Shown: positions 12,692-24,456 of the stretch, one piece after another
Numbering within the stretch: position 1 is the stretch's first letter
Layout: each line of letters opens with the position of its first letter
NCBI GenBank assembly: GCA_030704615.1
Contig: CM060732.1
Location: 54,994,001 to 55,058,000 of the forward strand
Reading direction: 5' to 3'
DNA length: 64,000 nucleotides
Origin: Takakia lepidozioides
Taxonomy: Eukaryota; Plantae; Bryophyta
Made by a program: the position numbers and the translations under genes
The notes under the pieces: generated by a model
Told to the model about the DNA's origin: nothing
The model's database searches: none
What the model saw: the letters and a program-made list of their open reading frames with translations, nothing else

Positions 12692-15600
12692 ATCGTTTGT
12701 TCAAAAGATGTCAAGAGAAGCGATCTAGATGGTCTACGACGCAACATGCCGATACTACTACGACACCAAACACAACGATCCATCAAACATCCGGTACTGA
12801 TCATATGCAGATTGATATTGTTCGATTCAAGCCATTGACGCCACAAGAAAAACAAAGACGATGCTCGAATGGATTATGCTTCTATTGTGGAGAAGAAGAT
12901 CACATAGCAATAAACTGCCCCAACAAGAGAAGATTCAAAGCTCGAGGCGCAACTCAAGTGTTCGATACGATGAGGTCGGAAAACGAAGATGTCCAGTTAC
13001 AGTATGGACCATGCGGCTGGACACCACAAATTTCTCACAAAAAAAATGTTTATTTTTACCTTCAGACCCTGCACCTTGCTTCACAGTTCCGGTAAAAAAT
13101 AGAGTGCAAAATCGAGATATCTTTGTAGAAGCAATTTTGGACTCAGGGGCTTCAGCATGTTTTATTGACAAAAACCTTGCGAAGCAACACAATTTAACGT
13201 TCCTAAAGAAGAAATTTTTGGCCCCCGTTGAAGTCATCAATGGACGACCGTTAGCATCAGGAAATGTTGACCATGAAACTCGACCACTTGAAGTGAAGCT
13301 TAAAGATCAAGCATCACATATTGTTTTCAACGTCATCCAGTCTCCAACGAATCTTGTGACCCTTGGACTTCCTTGGTTCGTACTTCACAATCCTGACATC
13401 AACTGGCGATTGCGAAAAATTTCTGCAAGACAAAAATGTAAAAATATCAAAGGTACCACAACAGAAAAATGTACTTCAACACACTCAATATCAAGATTTC
13501 AAGGATGTATTCGAGAAGAAAAATGCAGACATATTGCCAGAACATCGACCTTATGACTGTGCAATTGAGTTACAAGAAGGAGTTCAACCACTATTCGACC
13601 CAATCTATAACTTATCCCAAACGGAGTTGGCTGCATTACGTGAGTACACTGATGAAAATTTGTCGAAGAACTTCATTCGACATTCAAAATCACCTACGGG
13701 GGCGCCTATCTTGTTTGTGAAAAAGAAGGACGGATCATTACGCACGTGTGTAGACTATCGCGGTCTCAACAAAGTCACAATTAAGAATCGTTATCCGTTG
13801 CCGCTGATTTCTGGGTTTCTCGACCAGCTGGGACGTGCGAAGATTTTCACCAAAATTAACTTGAGAGAAGCTTATAACTTTATACGGATAAAAGAATGAG
13901 ACGAATGGAAAACAACTTTTCGAACAAGGTATGGACATTTTGAACACAGTGTTATGTCTTTCGGTCTTACAAATGGTCCAACAATTTTCCAACATATGAT
14001 GAATGACATCTTTCGAGAATTTTTAGATGACTTTGTAGTTAATCTATTTGGACGACATTTTGATATTTTCACAGAATGAAGAAGAACATGGCCGCTATGT
14101 ATGTCTTGTCCTTGATAAATTAAGAGAAAGATGACTATATGCCAAGTTGAAAAAATATCTTTTACATCAATCTGAGGTCGAATTTCTGGGCTATATTATT
14201 TCCGAAAAAAACGTCTTTATGGATCAGAAGAAAATACAAACCATCATCAAGTGGATTAAACCAATTTCGATCGGAGATGTACAATGTTTTCTGGGATTTG
14301 CAAATTTCTATAGAATCTTCATCAAGGACTACTCCAAAATTGCTGCACCATTGACACGACTAACAAAAATTGACAAATTTATATGGGACGAGAAGGCTGA
14401 CCAGACATTTGAAAGGTTGAAGTAGACATTTACAACGACTCCAATACTGGTACATGCAAACCCATCTAAACCATTTTTTTTAGAAGCAGATGCATCGGAC
14501 TTTGCACTTGGCGTTATACTCTCTCTATACGGTACAGATGGCCGACTTCACCCTGTTAGTTTTCGTTCTCGCAAATTTTCCGTTGCAGAGATCAGTTATG
14601 AAATCCATGATAAAGAACTTCTAGCGATCATCGATGCTTTTGAGGAGTGACGTCATCTATTGGAGAGAGCTAAACAGCAAGTCACTGTCTACACCGATCA
14701 CAAAAACCTCGAATATTTTATGAGTACTCGTGTTTTGAATCGACGTCAAGCAAGATGGGGTATGTTACTAGCAATGTTTGATTTTGTTATTATGTATTGC
14801 CCTGGACATCTTCAAAGGAAACCCGATGCTCTTTCTCGACGATCGTATCTTGCGCGGAAAAAAAGGGAGACAACTTTCGACCAACAAAAATCCATCATTT
14901 TGAAACCAACAAATCTCCAATTGAAAAATGATATCCATGTCCACCTATGACGATGTAGAGATCATAAAGGAGATTTAGGAAGCACTGAAGAACGACCAAT
15001 TTGCTACGACATTACGAAGTCAACTAAATCGACATCGAGACAACCCACATGTTACAAACGACTTCGAATTCAAATATGACATTATTTCAAGGGACTTCTC
15101 TATGTACCTCCAGGACCTACACGACTTCGAATTCTTCAAACATGTCATGATCTTCCGGCTGCAGGACATTTCGGCTTCAACAAAACAATGGAATTGATAT
15201 CCAGGGACTATTGGTGGCCGCAGATATGGAAACTCGTGAAAGAATTTATAAAATCTTGCGACACGTGTGCTAGAGCGAAGGGACCACGACATCGACCTTA
15301 CGGCCTTCTTCAACCATTACCCATTCCTAAGGGTCCATGGTCGTCCGTGTCTATGGACTTTATTACGAACCTTCCAATTTCCAAGACCACCGATTCAATC
15401 ATTGTTATTGTAGATCGTTTTACGAAGATGACACATTTCATTCCATATAATAAGATGGTTACCGGCGAGGAAATTGCAAGACTTTTCCTCAATAATATCT
15501 ACCGCGTCCATGGACTCCCGAAGGACATCGTATCTGATCGAGGACCACAGTTCATATCAAATTTCTGGAGTGAACTATTTCACATATTGGATACTAAGAT

Positions 15601-16402
15601 CAACCTCTCTACAGCTAATCATCCACAGACTGATGGTCAAACCAAACGCATAAACCGGATTTTGGAGTAGTATCTTCGCTGTTCGATAAATTATCACCAA
15701 GATAATTGGACGGACTTTCTGTCATTTGGCTGAGTTTGCCTACAACAACACTATACATTCTTTGACCAAACAAACTCAATTTTTCTCCAATTATGATCAT
15801 CATCCTCGAGCAAACCCTTTCCACATGAAGACTGTTGGAAGCCATGCTGCAGAAAACCTTGCTACTCATCTTGCTATGATTCACAATGAGCTTACATTCC
15901 ACCTCGCAGAAGCTCAAAAACTATACAAGGAGTATGCAGATCAACATCGTCAACTCCAACCCCAGTTCAAGGTTGGAGATCGTGTGTGGCTTTTTTGACG
16001 GGACATACAAACCTCGCGACCATCAATGAATGAAACATGAAAGACTGGATGGATGCGCGTACTTCGTGGGAGTTCAAGCCGAAAACTGACCGGATTTATT
16101 TGTCGAATAATTTTGAATGGTCCCAGATGTTGATAATTGGAGTTGTATCATCCATCAAATATTCCAGGGAAAGTCTCCGTATCACCTCCACCAATCGAAG
16201 TCAATCAAGAAATCGAGTATGAAGTCGACGAAGTCCTAGACTCTCGCATCAAGTATAAACGTCTTGAGTATTTCGTACATTGGAAAGGCTACGACATCAG
16301 CGAACGAACGTGAGAACCTTCATCCAACCTTGCCAATGCATTTGACAAATTCCAAGAGTTTCATCAACGATATCCAGCTAAGCCCCGAGCTACACGTCAA
16401 TA
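12690..16402 (+). pseudogene. Degenerate gag(3' end)-pol of the outer chromovirus (zinc knuckle, protease, RT, RNase H, integrase, chromodomain)
   Basis: Motifs [65 protein letters not shown]...IVSDRGPQF and EYEVDEVLDSR...YFVHWKGY. There are many stops and frameshifts, and most of gag is deleted. Confidence 0.9.
12978..13022 (+). promoter_or_regulatory. Putative -1 ribosomal frameshift signal (G GAA AAC plus stem-loop) between gag and pol
   Basis: The heptamer is in the gag frame and pol is in the -1 frame; GTCCAG (12991) can pair with CTGGAC (13017-13022). Confidence 0.65.
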
Positions 16403-17000
16403 AGACTTCAGAACGATGATGTCAGCCAAGTTAGCTTCAAGGTGAAGACTTTACATTTAGTGTACCTGATACACACTAAGAAGGGAGGAGCACCACACAT
16501 CAGTATATGTAGCTACATTTCCAACACTCTTGCATCTTGTATTGACAGCATAGAGTCACAGGAACCAGATACATTGGAGCTGTCATTTACCCAACTACCA
16601 GATCAGCCGTTCCGACTCTCACGACCTTCAACATCACGCCGACGCTCTCGAGACGATGGGCCATCAATGCGATTGCGTACTTCCTCGTCTGGACGACGGC
16701 AATTGGATCTTACTTGAAGTCTGATAATCCTGTTGGAGGTTGAGGCTTCGAACCCAGATGACAACGAAATCATGTTTGAAGGTAGCTTCGAAAATCAGAA
16801 TGCTCAAATCACTGCGTGATCCCAAGTTCAAGGTATTGGACACTATCGATGGTTGCACGGACCTATAAATCATTTGAGTCAAGAACGAAGAGCCGAATAC
16901 TTGACAAGTACCATTCGCCGGATTTTGGATTTTCTCCAACTCTAATTAAGTCCAAGATTTTACCGTTCCTCGAGGAACTCGACGCTAGAAGAGGGGGTGA

Positions 17001-17672
17001 TGTCACGGACATATCCCTGAGGAACTTACCAGGAGTAAACACCAGAAGTCACCAAGTTACCATGTTACTGGAAGTTACCATAATTTACCACGATCTACCG
17101 TGATTTACCATAAATTACCATTAGTTATCAAGTTACCAGGAGTTTATCAAATTATCAAGAGTAACTTGGGAAACTGCTCTGGAAGCTTCATTTGGAGGAA
17201 ATTTCTTCATCAAGATACCTATTTTGTTTAAGGAAACTTCTCCATCAAGAAACTTTTGTTTAACCTTGGAACCTCCAAGAAACCTCCAGTGGGGAAGCTT
17301 CTTAGAGAACTTCCTAGTAGCCAATATATATAGGAGGCAAGACTGGACACTCTTCAGTCTCGCCAATACAAGTTCAAACTACTCTTGTTCCCAGTCCCAG
17401 TACTCCAGTCCAGCTTCCAGTACTCTAGTCCAGTTTCCAGTATCTGGTACCCCAGTCCAGTTTCCAATATCTGGTACCCCAGTCCAATTTCCAGCATTCC
17501 AGTATTCGAGTCGAGTTCCAGTATCTTGTACTCTTGTCCATTGTTATAAAGATCATCTTGATTCATGTGTTACCCATCATGCATTCGGCCACACCGACCT
17601 TGACTTCTTGTCTAGTCTTGTACCTCTAGTCCGATATCTTGTTTGTGTTCAATCATGTTCTCGTCCTTGACA
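17001..17672 (+). repeat. 3' LTR of the outer chromovirus (672 bp) with internal TTACCA-type and CCAGT-type short repeats
   Basis: TGTCAC...TTGACA; homologous to 5960-6349 and 12559-12678. Confidence 0.9.
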
Positions 17673-18395
17673 ACTTCCTCAAAGCAGGTAGCTTTGCTTT
17701 GCTTTGCTTAAGATGAGGCCTCATGGAGTTCCACGCAGCCCAAATCGAGTTCCAGGCAGACGAGCCCCTGCCTTTAGTTTTGACTGGGCCCTGGACCATT
17801 CATTTAAGAGATGGGGCCTAGGAGCTAGAGCTGGAAGATAAAGCATTAATCAGATGCTCTCTCGCTAACATGCACCATGGGCTTCTCCAAAGCAAAGAGT
17901 CATAGGAATCCACTTAGCGAGCAGCGCAAAATTTTGAGTGTAGGGGTCAATTAGCCCAAGGCCTCCCTCTTTCCGAGGTCTGTAAATTTGAGCCCAAGAG
18001 ACCAATGCCCTCTTGGTTGGTGCAGAAGGGGACGCCCCCCACAAGAAGTTTCTCATCATAGCATTTAATTTTTGCTATGAGCTTCGATCCTGGGGTCCTG
18101 TCTAGAAGCTAGATAATGTCCCAGAGCATCTGCTGCTATTAGAAATAAATAGGGGGCCAGGGGACAGCCTTGTCTAACAGACCTGTGAAGTGCAAAAGGT
18201 TTGGATATAGCTTCATTGACAGAAACCTTGCTAGACGCGGAGCTTAGAAAAAGTCCCAGCCCACTTAGATGAGGTCTCCAACATACCAATTTTAGCCAAA
18301 ACTTTATGCAGGAAGCCCGAATCAATATTATCAAATGCTTTTTCAAAATCTAGCATTAGAATTGCCAGTGGCTACTCCGAGCATTTGGCCTTGTT
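17673..18395 (-). mobile_element. L1-type LINE, 5'-truncated RT part (same element as 4210-5959)
   Basis: Minus-strand translations give ILMLDFEKAFD, SVRQGCPLAPYLFLIAADAL and RNFLWG...LVSWAQIYRPRKEGGLGL, which are LINE RT motifs. Confidence 0.85.
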
Positions 18396-21084
18396 GACCT
18401 GAATGTTGATTTTTTTCTGAATTTGCTCTAATGTCATTTTCTTCATCTCTTTTGTTCCTTCACACATTCAATGTAAATGTTATAGCACTCCTAGATATTA
18501 ATTACGATAAATTCACTAAATATAAACTAATGGCATGCCCCAATTTTCGAAGCCCTCATAAGCTCATTTTTTTTTTTTTTTTTTTGGTAAAGGAAAAGGG
18601 GAGGCGGCCCTTGAGAGTTCAATTCTTTGGTTTTGTGTTGCGCATTTCAACTTACTCATATCCTTTATCAGCCTCCATGGCACTCTACGGAGGTTATTTT
18701 TTCCTCAATTGTTCTGCTGGGACAGCTTGTCTCCCTGTTTTTTATACAATTTCAAAGGTGTTCAGTGTCCACTCTCTTTTTCTCAAAAGAAAAAAGAAAA
18801 TAAATCTAATAAATTAAAATAATAAATATTTATTATATGTCAAAACTCAAAACTCTGAATATTGGATTTTTCTCTCTGGTGTATGTTTTGGATAATTAAA
18901 ATACAGATCATTAATTCATTAATACAAATCAACCAACTGTTTAAACTGATTTATCGAAGCACGTCAAAAAAATAAAATAAAATAAATAAATAAATAAATA
19001 TATATATATACGCGCTTAACCAGGTTTGTCTGGGATGAGGTCGTAGCAGCTTTTGAGTGTCTACTATGACCAACCGGCCTATCGAGGGAGCTGAAGCATG
19101 ATTGGCTTCGTCACATCTGAGACGAGGGAAGGGCCACGCCCCCTACCATCGAATATAGATGTATGTACATCTATTTAGTCTCTATGTTTAACCCTTAAAG
19201 GACGACCAGCCTCTTTTGGGCTTTTTCAAAATAAAAATCTTAACCCCTAAAGGCCGGACCGACCCAAATTGGGTTGGTACCTTTATTGCTGAAGTCCTAC
19301 CTTGTGTGTATGAAGTCCGAGGAATGTGGGCCTTGAATGAAAAAGGTACATCTAAAAGAGAGGCATCCAACGCCGTAAGCGCGGCCTTGTACAGTAAAGC
19401 AGCGGCCTTGTACAGTAAAGCAAAACGGCTGAAAAAAAGATAGGATTTGCATGTGGGTCCGCCATTTGCATGGTTGGGGTGGGTAGTTGACCATGGTACA
19501 TGGCAGTCTGTACGTGGCAGCTGGAAATGGACATGTGCCCTGACCATCCCGGTGGCCCACCAAAGAGCATGCCAGAAATGTTCAGCTGGCAGTTCACATT
19601 AGCATGATGAAAATGACTATGCCACAGAGAAAAAATGACATCTACAAATGTGGTTTTGAATTATTAAAAAAAAAACATTAATCTTTACCTTCTTGCAAGG
19701 GAGGACTGCACCAGAGGAATTTCCATTCTGCTAAAAAAATCATCTTCTATGAAACTTTCTCATCTGGCTTTGTCGTTGAATATCCATCTTACCCCCCTCA
19801 TTCGACATATAAAAGAGCCAGTTGAAATTTTTAGAATTTGATCTTCAAATTGGGAGAGCAATCTGTAACCCTCCTTGCTTTTTTTTAATGTGTGCCCCAG
19901 GAAAATTATCAAGACAGCAAATCACCTTGGTCAAACGAGAATTTTTCATCAATTTTTCTGTGGAGTTGATAATTCCACCATGGATTTTTGCTATAATCTG
20001 CCATTTTTGACAGTTTCCAAAATTTTGTGAGTAGTTAGATGTGGTAGGTAGATAAATATTCGTAAGGTTCATTTTTGCGGATGAATACCTAGTCACTGCC
20101 AGATACAGCCTCATCAATGAGGCTAGGTCCTCTTTTGGGGGTGGCCCACCAAACTGGCATCTGGCGTTTAGGGGTTCATAACTATTTCAGATCTTCAAAA
20201 AATTGGCTGAAAATTTCTACACTTTTTTCGTGTCACATGTCGGGCTCATTGATTGAACTCGATCTGATAACAATTAGGGTTTTGATGTCTCGAACATGAG
20301 GGGGTCTGGGCGCTCCGGAGTTTTCTTCTTCTCGCACCGGGCACCCTTAGCGTCTTGCTTGTGCAAACTGTACATGTGTCCGTTCTTCTGTGCACCACCT
20401 GCCCACTCCTCCCCCAACTTTGACCAAGTGCCTAGGAGCCTACACTGCCCTGTCTGACAAGTTCATGGGCTCAAAAGATACAGATTCTCGCGAGCATTCT
20501 AACCTATTCTCAAAATCTCAGTCCATTTGACAACCGTCCGGATACTGAAAAAGTGGAAAACTGCCAGGGAATTGATTCTAATTTTTTTTAAGGAAAAACA
20601 AATCATCCAATTTCTCAACACTGACGTTTCCTGAGATCTTCCCTGATTGGCCTGAAATTTTTTCAGCAGGGGCTGCCAGGTAGTTGAGAACCTACTGTCT
20701 GGTCAAATTTTAATTTAATTTTTTTTTCCTGAAAGTTATGCTTGATTTTCGTGCATGGGTTGACTTTTGGGAAAAAGTCACACTAAGGTGGTGGCTGTAT
20801 AAGGGTACTCCAAATCTACTTGTTAAGATTTGATCTAAGAAAACCTTTACAGAATCCACCACTCACAAGAGTAGTATGCTAAAATGAAATGAAGTGGCTC
20901 TTACTTACGTCAACTCTAGCTAGACTCATTTAGTTTTTTCTAAAATAAAAACAATACCATTTGATTGATTGAATATGGGTTTATTTTAAAATTGATTATA
21001 ATTATAATTTCAATATGATTTGAAGTGTACTGTTTAAAAATCTATTCTGCAAATGGTTTGTCCACTCTATGTTTCTAGCTTGTT

Positions 21085-21776
21085 GATGTTAAATAGGCTG
21101 ATCAAAAAAGAACTTGGATGGAATGATCCCAAAATTGCGCCCCCTTGGACACGGACACCTCACACCTGGTTCATTGCAAAGCCCTACGTGGAAAAAGCCT
21201 ATACACTTTGGTTGGTTACTATTTGAAGAATATCGACAAACCTGGTTTCAAATTTGTACATCGCAATATTAGTGCTGGACAAATGCAGAATGGGCTTGAT
21301 GAGTATGTCAAGTACGACGCCTCATCAATTAAAAACAGAGTGTGTCTAACACATCAAAATCTATTGGAATGTGCACAAATGTGGTTGAAGCACAAAATGG
21401 GAAGGCAACTCGGTGCTGTGTTCTATTGAACATGTTGAAGTCTGGTCAGTTTTATCCTACAACATCTTGGGTCGTTCTGTTTAAAAATAGCGGCATGGAC
21501 TTCAACAGGGCTCAATCGATCTGGAAGGCAATGATCGAGCCGCATGTGTTGGAAATGGTAGATGTAGTATGGATCTTTTTTGAATGTGGTACAGCTAGTT
21601 CCTGTTTACGGGAATTGTATTGTACTGAGTTTGCAGACAAGACTACTGTTGAGTCGGGCCTGTCCGGTTTTGTAGATTCAAAAAGTGTTGTTACTCCAAT
21701 GCATACTTTGGTTGCTCAACAAGTTCCCTATATGCCCGTCTCTGGTAGAACTCGTCAGAATGAGCATGCATTTTAG
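21085..21776 (+). mobile_element. Replitron (HUH endonuclease transposon) transposase remnant, 5'-truncated and frameshifted
   Basis: Translation IKKELGWNDP...VHCKALRGKSLYTLVGYYLKN...FKFVHRNIS...EYVKY...NRVCLTHQNLL...MLKSGQFYPTTSWV...GMDFNRAQSIWKAM resembles Replitron Y1 and C-terminal regions as I recall them. Confidence 0.7.
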
Positions 21777-22029
21777 ATTTGTATATTTGTTTCCTTTCCT
21801 GCTTTTATACCCTGGTAACTTTCAAATGTTTATACTTGTAAGCAAAGTTCCGGACCATCAAGTATTAAATCAATGCGTCAATACTGATACTGACATCAGT
21901 TAGGGTTAAGTACAGCTGTTGCGCTTCTCTTTCTTATCTTTACTCTCTTCTCAGACTTGTGTTCTTTGTGGCTACGAAGTAGTGTACCCTTTTTACAGAG
22001 GGTTATTTTTGCCTAATTGTACTCCAACG

Positions 22030-22292
22030 TTTTTTTATTGGCGAATTTTCGCCAGATTTCGACCTCAAGAAATAAAATAGAATATTCTGTTGCGAATTCC
22101 CTGTTTTTTCATGGATGAAATCGCCAAATTTCTCCAAATAAAAAATAAATTATGGGTGAATTCGCCATATGTGGATGATATAAATGGATTGAAGTACATA
22201 AATGGATGAAATTCAATGGATGAACAGAATGTACCGCTATTTCCTGCAAAACTCTGTAGCCACTCGTGCTGTATTCCAAATTTCTTTAAGAA
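22030..22292 (-). mobile_element. Short interspersed repeat/MITE (about 260 bp), inverted relative of 47743-47993
   Basis: TTTTTATTGGCGAATTTTCGCCAGATTTCGACCTCAA...ATGGATGAAATCGCCAAA is the reverse complement of sequence at 47890-47993. Confidence 0.65.
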
Positions 22293-24456
22293 AAAAAAAA
22301 TGTTGTACTCTTGGGACGACTTAGTCCACCTGTTTCTGTATAAAGTTGAAGGGTGTCCTTTCTCCCAGGTAAAAACAGAAAGGAAAAAAAAGGGAGAAAA
22401 AGGAGAAAGGTTGTCGGGTGTGAAGATCTCGTATGAAGGATATGCCAATCCAGTCTGGACACGTGTATCCAAAGTACATTTGTTTGGAGGGTAGCATCAC
22501 CGGTGGGTTCAGTGCGGACCCAACAATTGTCGGCGGCCTGACCTGGGTAGCCCAAATGACACGTGGCCTGCCACCGAGGAATAGGAATGTTTATATGATT
22601 AACGGGGCCACAGAAATACATATATGCGTATATATATGAGAGAGATTCCTCAAGGATGAAATCGGATAAGGATGAGCTACATGATATCATCGATTAGGTG
22701 GATGTGAGATGATCGAAAGCCTGAGGTTCCCCCGCGAAACGGATGAAACGCCATGAACCTACATCCTACGCTCAAGAAAGATATTCGGCATTCTAATTTT
22801 AGACGTTTTTCATTCCTGAGCAGACGGCGGAGATTCGTCTTGACACAACCGTGCGACGCACGGTTTGGGACCCTCGTCCCTCTCCCAAGCGGCGGAGATC
22901 CGTCTTGACACAACCGTGCGACGCACGGTTGGCAGCGCGGTTGGGGATCCTCGTCTCTCTCGCAAGTTGCTCGGCTGCGAGGGCTTCCCAGTGTCCTCGC
23001 AGGCAGATCTGCCGGAGCCCATCTTTTTTTTTCGGTGTCGATAGGGGGATAGGGGTTTGCTTGCCCCTGTGGAAGAGCTCCTCTTTCACCTTTTCTTCTT
23101 CCTCTTCTTTCTCTCTTTCAGTTTTGCAGATTCTTCGTCTGACGTTGGTCGGTGGTGTTTGCTGAGGTTTGCTGCGGTTTGCTTCGTTTTGTTTTTCTTT
23201 CCGGGTGTGTGTGGAGCAGTGCTGTGGGTGTAGGTAGTAGAGAGTGTACCCCGTGTGTGGGGTTTTTCCCTGTGTTGGCCCTTCATCTCTGTGTGATGAG
23301 CGTACGTGCACGCCAGCATTGTGCGGGGCGCCACAATGGCGCCCTTTCTTGTGCTAAGATTGCATCTCAGTGATTTGCAAACCCTAGAACCTTGGTTTTT
23401 TTTTCTATCTCGTTCAAGCATGGATAATCTTACAGTGAAGTCCGGGTTAGGGCATGAATGATCAGTTAAGATTTTCAGACTTGAGGTGAAAAAGTATGCT
23501 TGGTCGACGTGAAGCAGCTGAAATTCATGGATGAGCGATTCTGACGCAATTGATATTAGGGTTAGGTCATCCGAATCACGCAACGAACAGGTGCTTCACA
23601 GGATTGGTTTGGTTTCTCGGAAGGCTTCTGGTACTATTTCCAAAGTAAAGGGCGAGTAAGTATATGAGAAGCTTACTAATTCGTCCTGGTTTTTCTGTGA
23701 ACAAAATTTTCAACCTTTCAGTCCCACTCTCTCTTTGAGCCTGAAAATGTCCCACTTCTCAAGCGCGCTTTGTGAAATCGTAGTGGGCGCATTCTCCTCT
23801 ACTTGGGCCTCCTCCCCTTCTTCTCACCGTTTCTGCTCCCTGCAAATTGTGCGGGGAAGTCGCAGAGCTGTGGAAAGCAATTCTTTCGCAAACATAACAT
23901 TATTCTCTTAGGGATTCTAGATGATATATTGAAGGTGTAGCTAATTCCTTTTTTCAGAGGTGAATCAAACGACTGGTGTGAGCAGGCAGCTTGGATAGTG
24001 GCTCTGGTCCAGCTCAGGGCTTTTCAATCCCTCTTCCTGCCGCATCCAAAGTCATCCTATGTGAAATCCTTGTTGGTAACTTTTACATTTGTCTTTTCAA
24101 AATCAAGAAGGCCCAGCAATTGCAGTAAGGCAGGTTTGGACGACAAACGAAAGGTCCAACCCTTGTAATCACACTGAAGTGCGCCTCTATAAGCAAGAGC
24201 ATTTGCCACTTGTGAAAATCCTGGAAAACTAGGTGGAAGCCTGTGTATCACAGTTTAGTGAGTTTATGAAAAAAGTGGACATATGTCACACTCCTCTTGC
24301 GATGTTACCTAATAGCAATAACTGATGTGCATTTTGGACTAATGAATCCTTAGCTGCTTGTTGTTGCAACTCCCTGCAGATTTGAGCATTCAGAGTGCTG
24401 CAGAGTTTAAGGGCAGAGGTTTTAGTGGATGAGTCTTTGGCGAGTGTGAGAAGAAG

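Larger units (their letters stand above)
5960..17672 (+). mobile_element. Ty3/gypsy chromovirus (Tf1/Sushi/Tcn1-type), outer element; 5' LTR split (5960-6349 + 12559-12678), 3' LTR 17001-17672; defective
   Basis: TG...CA ends, imperfect 5-bp TSD GCTTC/ACTTC, PPT AGAAGAGGGGGTGA before 17001, LTR-LTR homology, and gag-end/PR/RT/RH/IN/chromodomain remnants at 12690-16400. Confidence 0.9.

Noticed and set aside
17224-17670. 148-aa ORF inside the 3' LTR
   Set aside because: It arises from short tandem repeats in the LTR and is not a credible protein.
22799-23583. ORFs of 165-170 aa on the minus strand
   Set aside because: Low-complexity antisense readings of the TBCCD1 leader region with no recognisable domain.
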